Of a stretch of DNA of 64,000 nucleotides, positions 63,079-64,000 are shown one piece after another; position 1 is the stretch's first letter; every line of letters starts with the position of its first letter. The notes beneath the pieces are model-generated. The model worked only from the letters and a program-made list of their open reading frames with translations, was not told the DNA's origin and searched no databases. The DNA is taken from the IMG/VR virus record IMGVR_UViG_3300017786_003484, positions 180,433 through 244,432 of that record, one strand, 5' to 3'. The position numbers and the translations under genes were made by a program.

Positions 63079-63260
63079 TCGCAATAGCAAACGATAACGT
63101 GATACAGGCCCGTGAATTTTGGAATGCAAAGGTTAACAAGATTATCCAGAACTTTGAGTATGGTCGAATCACCATGGAAAGTCTGGTTGATGAATTGGCT
63201 CTAATGGGCTATGAAAAAGAGCAGGTATGGGCTCTTATTGCAGAAGATGAGGATTATTAA
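63075..63260 (+). CDS. small hypothetical protein
   Basis: GGAG SD, ATGA overlap. Confidence 0.65.
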   Translation: MIAIANDNVIQAREFWNAKVNKIIQNFEYGRITMESLVDELALMGYEKEQVWALIAEDEDY

Positions 63261-63261
63261 A

Positions 63262-63483
63262 ATGATTGAAGCAGTACCCACTCTCTCGCTAGACGAACAA
63301 ACAGACATTGACAGCCTGTTGACCAGCTTAGAAGACTTGGTTGAATCTCTGAACATTCTGCCTGAACACAAGGATAATATTCTAAATGGTATTGGTGCAT
63401 TAGAAAATGATATCTATGACACAGAACTTGTAGATTTAGAGCAGGATAGCACACCAATCGCAGAAATAAAGTTTGTGCTATAA
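63262..63483 (+). CDS. small acidic hypothetical protein
   Basis: GAGGA SD before ATG 63262. Confidence 0.6.
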   Translation: MIEAVPTLSLDEQTDIDSLLTSLEDLVESLNILPEHKDNILNGIGALENDIYDTELVDLEQDSTPIAEIKFVL

Positions 63484-63752
63484 TGACTGAACCGGTGGAT
63501 AAAAAAGAGGACCAGGTGGCAGTAGATACACACCAACCCGGTACCACCCCTCTAACGAGGGTGGTACGCAAAATTTTTAATGCGTTTAAACGTGGACCAT
63601 TAGACCATACTGTCTCAGATAAATCCATGGCAAATGAATACGTCAATTCACCGTTGGGAATTCCTATACCGTTTCGCAAGGCTAGGAACAATAGTGAACC
63701 GCAAGAGAAAGGTTCACACAAATATAATATGAAAAGGATGATGAAAGAATGA
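63483..63752 (+). CDS. hypothetical protein
   Basis: Coupled ORF. Confidence 0.5.
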   Translation: MTEPVDKKEDQVAVDTHQPGTTPLTRVVRKIFNAFKRGPLDHTVSDKSMANEYVNSPLGIPIPFRKARNNSEPQEKGSHKYNMKRMMKE

Positions 63753-63907
63753 AAAATCAAATTGGAATAACGTTGGCTGGAATCGGCGTGCTAGTCTATC
63801 TATTAAGTGCCTCAGCAACTAATGTGATGGAAATGTATTACAATCATAAAGCCGAGACTGCATACGATGAACAGTTTAATGATCAACCATTGAACAAACT
63901 GAAATAG
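63749..63907 (+). CDS. 52 aa single-TM peptide (not in ORF track)
   Basis: MKNQIGITLAGIGVLVYLLSASA...; ATGA overlap. Confidence 0.5.
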   Translation: MKNQIGITLAGIGVLVYLLSASATNVMEMYYNHKAETAYDEQFNDQPLNKLK

Positions 63908-64000
63908 AATTAACCAAGAATCTCGCCCTGTTTCGAGCTCACAAATTCGCTCTCGACATGGCTCATTCCGTTTTAGGACCAGCATGAGGAGGAAAATATG

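Noticed and set aside
63257-63760. 167-aa minus-strand ORF
   Set aside because: Antisense to a coupled chain of plus-strand genes with SDs; no recognisable motifs
1-64000. Stop-codon reassignment
   Set aside because: Genes tile densely under the standard code with TAA, TAG and TGA all used as stops; no suppressor anticodon among the four tRNAs

Overview
AT-rich, densely coded segment of a large (probably jumbo) tailed dsDNA bacteriophage, most likely from an aquatic proteobacterial host (host is inference). It carries replication and nucleotide genes (a free-standing DnaE N-terminal fragment, clamp loader, dCMP deaminase, DEDD exonuclease, HAD nucleotidase), a proteostasis set (GroES, DnaJ, peptide deformylase, ClpA), auxiliary genes (PhoH, IscA-like, QueD), Rz/Rz1-like spanins, and a virion/fibre block (collagen-like fibre, second fibre, S8 protease). 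It also has an unusually large dispersed set of tailoring enzymes: nine 2OG/Fe(II)-type dioxygenases, three radical SAM enzymes, three PP-loop ATP pyrophosphatases, an aldo-keto reductase and a hotdog thioesterase. Four tRNAs are present: Arg-ACG, Leu-TAA, CAT and Trp-CCA. Two promoter classes can be read directly: a repeated sigma70-type GGTTGACC-N17-TATAnT cassette with a shared ATAAGGAATTAGGAG leader, and a TAA(A/G/C)TA motif that often sits exactly 5 nt before a leaderless ATG. Most notable observations: (1) a complete tRNA-Trp nested in frame inside a protein-coding gene, where its non-canonical A8 removes what would otherwise be an in-frame TAG stop; (2) a four-member family of small, independently expressed proteins with structured leaders, each locus lying beside tailoring enzymes; (3) several unexplained structured RNAs. 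No CRISPR array, rRNA or IS element was seen. All family assignments come from motif recognition by eye, not database searches.
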